Origin: Zootoca vivipara
Lineage: Eukaryota
Direction: 5' to 3'
DNA: 64,000 nt
Assembly (NCBI RefSeq): GCF_963506605.1
Contig: NC_083288.1
Span: 29,760,001 to 29,824,000 of the forward strand
Notes under the pieces: model-generated
The model's input: only the letters and a program-made list of their open reading frames with translations
Database searches by the model: none
What the model was told of the DNA's origin: nothing
Position numbers and translations under genes: made by a program
In this document: in pieces, positions 60,829-64,000 of the stretch
Numbering within the stretch: the stretch's first letter is position 1
Layout of the letters: each line of letters begins with the position of its first letter

Positions 60829-62962
60829 TTGCTGAAAACACACTTATCATCTGCAATTCAGAATACTGCCAAAAACGGTGAGGGATCTAGCAAGCTGGTT
60901 CGACTAGCCAACTTTTCAACCAGAGGTTTTACCGCACTGGCCACCTGTAACCACAGAGGAGGCAAAGAAATTAATCGCACAGCTAAATAACAACAAGGCC
61001 CTAGGCATAGACTATATTCCCGCATAACTCTTGAAGACCAATATTGGTTGGTGGGCCCCCCTGCTGGCGACAATATTCTCCCAGATTGACTCAATGGGCC
61101 TACTTCCCGAAGGGTGGGCCAAGGCGATAATCATCCCAATCTATAAAATGGCCCCACATCGGACCCAGCGAGTTACAGACCTATTAGCCTTTTACCTATA
61201 CCTAGCAAATTATATGCAAAACACCTCTATATCAAATTAACTAGCTGGATGGACGCCGAGGCTATCTTGGTGGAGGAACAAGCTGGATTTAGGCAAGGCA
61301 GATCTACCATAGATCATTGTTTTGTCTTAGCGCATCTTATTGACAAATACGCCAAGAAAACCTGTGGGGTCCTATATGCAGCCTTCATTGATTTGAAGGC
61401 TGCCTTTGACTCAATTTCATGAGTAAGACTCTGGGCCAAATTGAATACTTCAAGCATAGACAAGCATCTTTGATTATTGGTCTATATAAAGATACTGTGC
61501 TGTATGTAAGATGCAGCACAAATGGTCAACTCATAGGCCCTGTACCAGTCACCAAGGGGATTAAGCAAGGCTGTATTCTAGCCCCAGCTTTATTTAACCT
61601 ATATATTAATGACATGGTCAAAAGCCTAACATCATCGGAGTTCCATGCTCCTAAATTGGCTGCAAAACCAATCTCAGTGCTCTTATATGCTGATGATGCG
61701 GTCCTCCTATCCTGAACAAAAATAGGCCTAAAAAGGCCGATAGGAGAATTCTCAGCATACTGCAGGAGAGAGCAGCTGGTGGTAAACTATCAGAAAACCA
61801 AAGTCATGGTTTTCACAAGGAAACATAAATCACAAAACTGGAGTATGGACAATCAACCAATCGAGCAGGTTAAAGCCTTTAAATACCTGGGCATAGTCTT
61901 CCAGTCAATGAGATCATGGGATGTACATAAAAAATGTGTCAAAGAAAAAGCAGCCCAAAGTGCTAAGATGCTGTCCCGCTTTTTCCATATGAAGGGTGGC
62001 AAATACATCCCAGCAGCCCTAGAAGTTTTTCAAGCCAAATCTTTGGCGCAGATACTTTATGGGGCCCGAATTTGGACGGGTAACTATTTTAGCATTCTTG
62101 AAACTGTCCAATCCAAATTTCTAAGGCAGATTTTCTCTGTACCACCTTGTGTCCCAAATGCAGCATTACGACTGGAGGCAAGTCTTCCCTCTGTAGAAGC
62201 TCGGTACTGGCCAAGAACTCTTAATTATTGGCTCCGTCTAAATCTAAATCCATCTGGTCTATTGCCCTTAGTGACACAAGACCCCCATAAAAGTGTGTGG
62301 ATTAAAATAGTGCATCAAAAACTCCTCTCCTGAGGACTTCACCCACATCAGCTCCTCATGATGAGCTTTACTAAAGCAAAAGGCCTAATTGGACAGAACC
62401 TGAAGGACTTAGTCTGAGAGCAACAGAACAATCTGGCCATTATAAATAAATTCTTTCCTTGGTATGCCTTTTTTCCTCTTCTCATTTTGATTTCTTGGCA
62501 CCATATTTGTATAAATTAACTATCCCTAAATATAGACATGCCTTCACATTGGCCAGATTGGATGTGATGCCCTCTGCCGTACTTGAGGGCCGATACCAAA
62601 AGATTCCAACTGAGAAACGACTCTGCCCCTGTGGAGATGGCAATACGGAAACAGTAGCTCATGTTCTCCTGTCTTGTCCCCTTTATAAAGATCTGAGGAA
62701 TGAGATCATTACCCCAATCTTACTTAACATCCCAAGCCACCCATCTGCGGCCACATTGTTCTTTCTTCTATCAGACCAAAATGATCAGACAACAGTAAAG
62801 GTTGCTAGGTTTATTGAGGGTGCAATGAGATTAAGGGCCACTATCTGAACGATAATCTTGGTTATTTGATTGTCCTTTTTACCTATTGTTGTTTTTATCT
62901 GTATATACTGCTTGTTTTATGTTGCTATGGCCGTTGGCTAACGTGAATAAAGTTTTTTATTA
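60829..62962 (+). mobile_element. RTE-X-like LINE, 5'-truncated, several frameshifts
   Basis: RT motifs (QAGFR, FIDLKAAFD, GIKQGCILAP, LYADD, YLG), C-terminal CPCG..ETVAHVLLSCPLY; AATAAA; 11-bp TSD tcccacaggaa at 60818-60828 and 62963-62973. Confidence 0.9.
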
Positions 62963-63064
62963 TCCCACAGGAAATAAACACATATTAGAAATAAAACTTG
63001 TTTGCAAAATGCACATATTGGGCATAATTGTGGGGAAATACAATTTTTAGGATAAATATTCATG

Positions 63065-63360
63065 TATCAATCGTGTGCCAGCTCCATCTGGTAGGCTAAG
63101 ACCCTACCTCCCCAAAGACTGTCTTGCCAGAGTGGTGCATGCTATAGTTATCTCCCGCTTGAACTACTGCAATGCGCTCTGCATGGGGCTACCTTTGAAG
63201 GTGTCCTGGAAACTACAACTAATCTAGAATGTGGCAGCTAGACTGGTGACTGGGAATGGCTGCTGAAACTATATAACACCAGTCCTGAAAGACCTACATT
63301 GGCTACCAGTACACTTCCAAGCAAAATGCAAAGTGTTGGTGCTGACCTTTAAAGCCTAGT
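63065..63360 (+). mobile_element. L2 LINE ORF2 fragment
   Basis: Broken frame VHAIVISRLNYCNAL...LQLI.N.AARLVT...LHWLPV. Confidence 0.8.
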
Positions 63361-64000
63361 ATTTAGTATTTAAAGCAGGAAGCCACTAGTTTTGTTGAAT
63401 TAGAATATAATTGTTGAGTAACAAATGTAACTTTTGATATGGAAAAAAGAACAAAATACTATTACAAAAAAGAGGAAGACTGTTGCCTTCCATTGCAGTG
63501 GACAAGAAAGATGTTATATCAAGAGCTATACATAGTTCACCAGGGGCTGATTCTTGTATCATAGGTGCAAGCAGGACAAACACTCTGAAACATTAACTTG
63601 AGCCAGGTAAAAGTCAGGTAATACACATACCCTCCAACATTCCTCTGGTGAAAAGAGGGACATTTTCAACTGAGGACTTTGGAGAGTATGCAACCATGGT
63701 AAGGTGCAGTGGTGTAAGTGTGGGTTAAAATGTTTCCCCATGCTTTATATTTCTGTGGAAAATTCGTTCATTCAACTTATTATAGTCAATGAACCATAAC
63801 TGAAGTACAAAACTGTATAATTCAGATTTAGCAAAACAATAACCATAACAATTCTATACCACCCTTCATCCACACATCACAGGGCAGTTTACAATATAAA
63901 AACACAAAAATGCATAATAGAGTAACAGACAAAAACAATAACCCCATCCACTTTAAAAGGCCACATTTCATTTAATTAGCATAGCCAGCGCCGTCTTAAG

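Overview
Eukaryotic (squamate reptile, probably lacertid lizard, judged from Sauria SINEs plus BovB, CR1, L2, L1, RTE-X, Rex1 and Penelope relics) genomic DNA containing a class II olfactory receptor cluster (OR14-like). It holds six intact single-coding-exon OR ORFs (6621-7538 -, 15624-16541 -, 30115-31032 -, 38486-39418 +, 51589-52512 -, 58315-59307 -) and one 5'-deleted OR pseudogene (25627-25893 -). The first ~33.5 kb is a young tandem array of a ~6 kb unit (3' flank, OR, intron, putative non-coding exon and promoter). Its copies differ by individually resolvable TE insertions with target-site duplications (TSDs), deletions and an inverted templated insertion. The rest is TE-rich spacer with one 146-bp N gap. 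No new protein-coding system is evident. The best leads are (i) a TE-free island at ~47.2-47.9 kb dense in Ebf(O/E)-like and homeodomain motifs, a candidate reptile OR enhancer; (ii) Penelope-derived palindromic mini-elements carrying a minimal hammerhead ribozyme; (iii) a 2.8 kb poly(A) retroelement with ORF1-like relics and no RT (HAL1-like); (iv) a conserved 6-codon uORF in front of the young OR paralogs; and (v) a nested L1/RTE-X insertion whose two halves survive in different tandem copies. All coordinates were read by eye; TE family names are by motif recognition, not database search.
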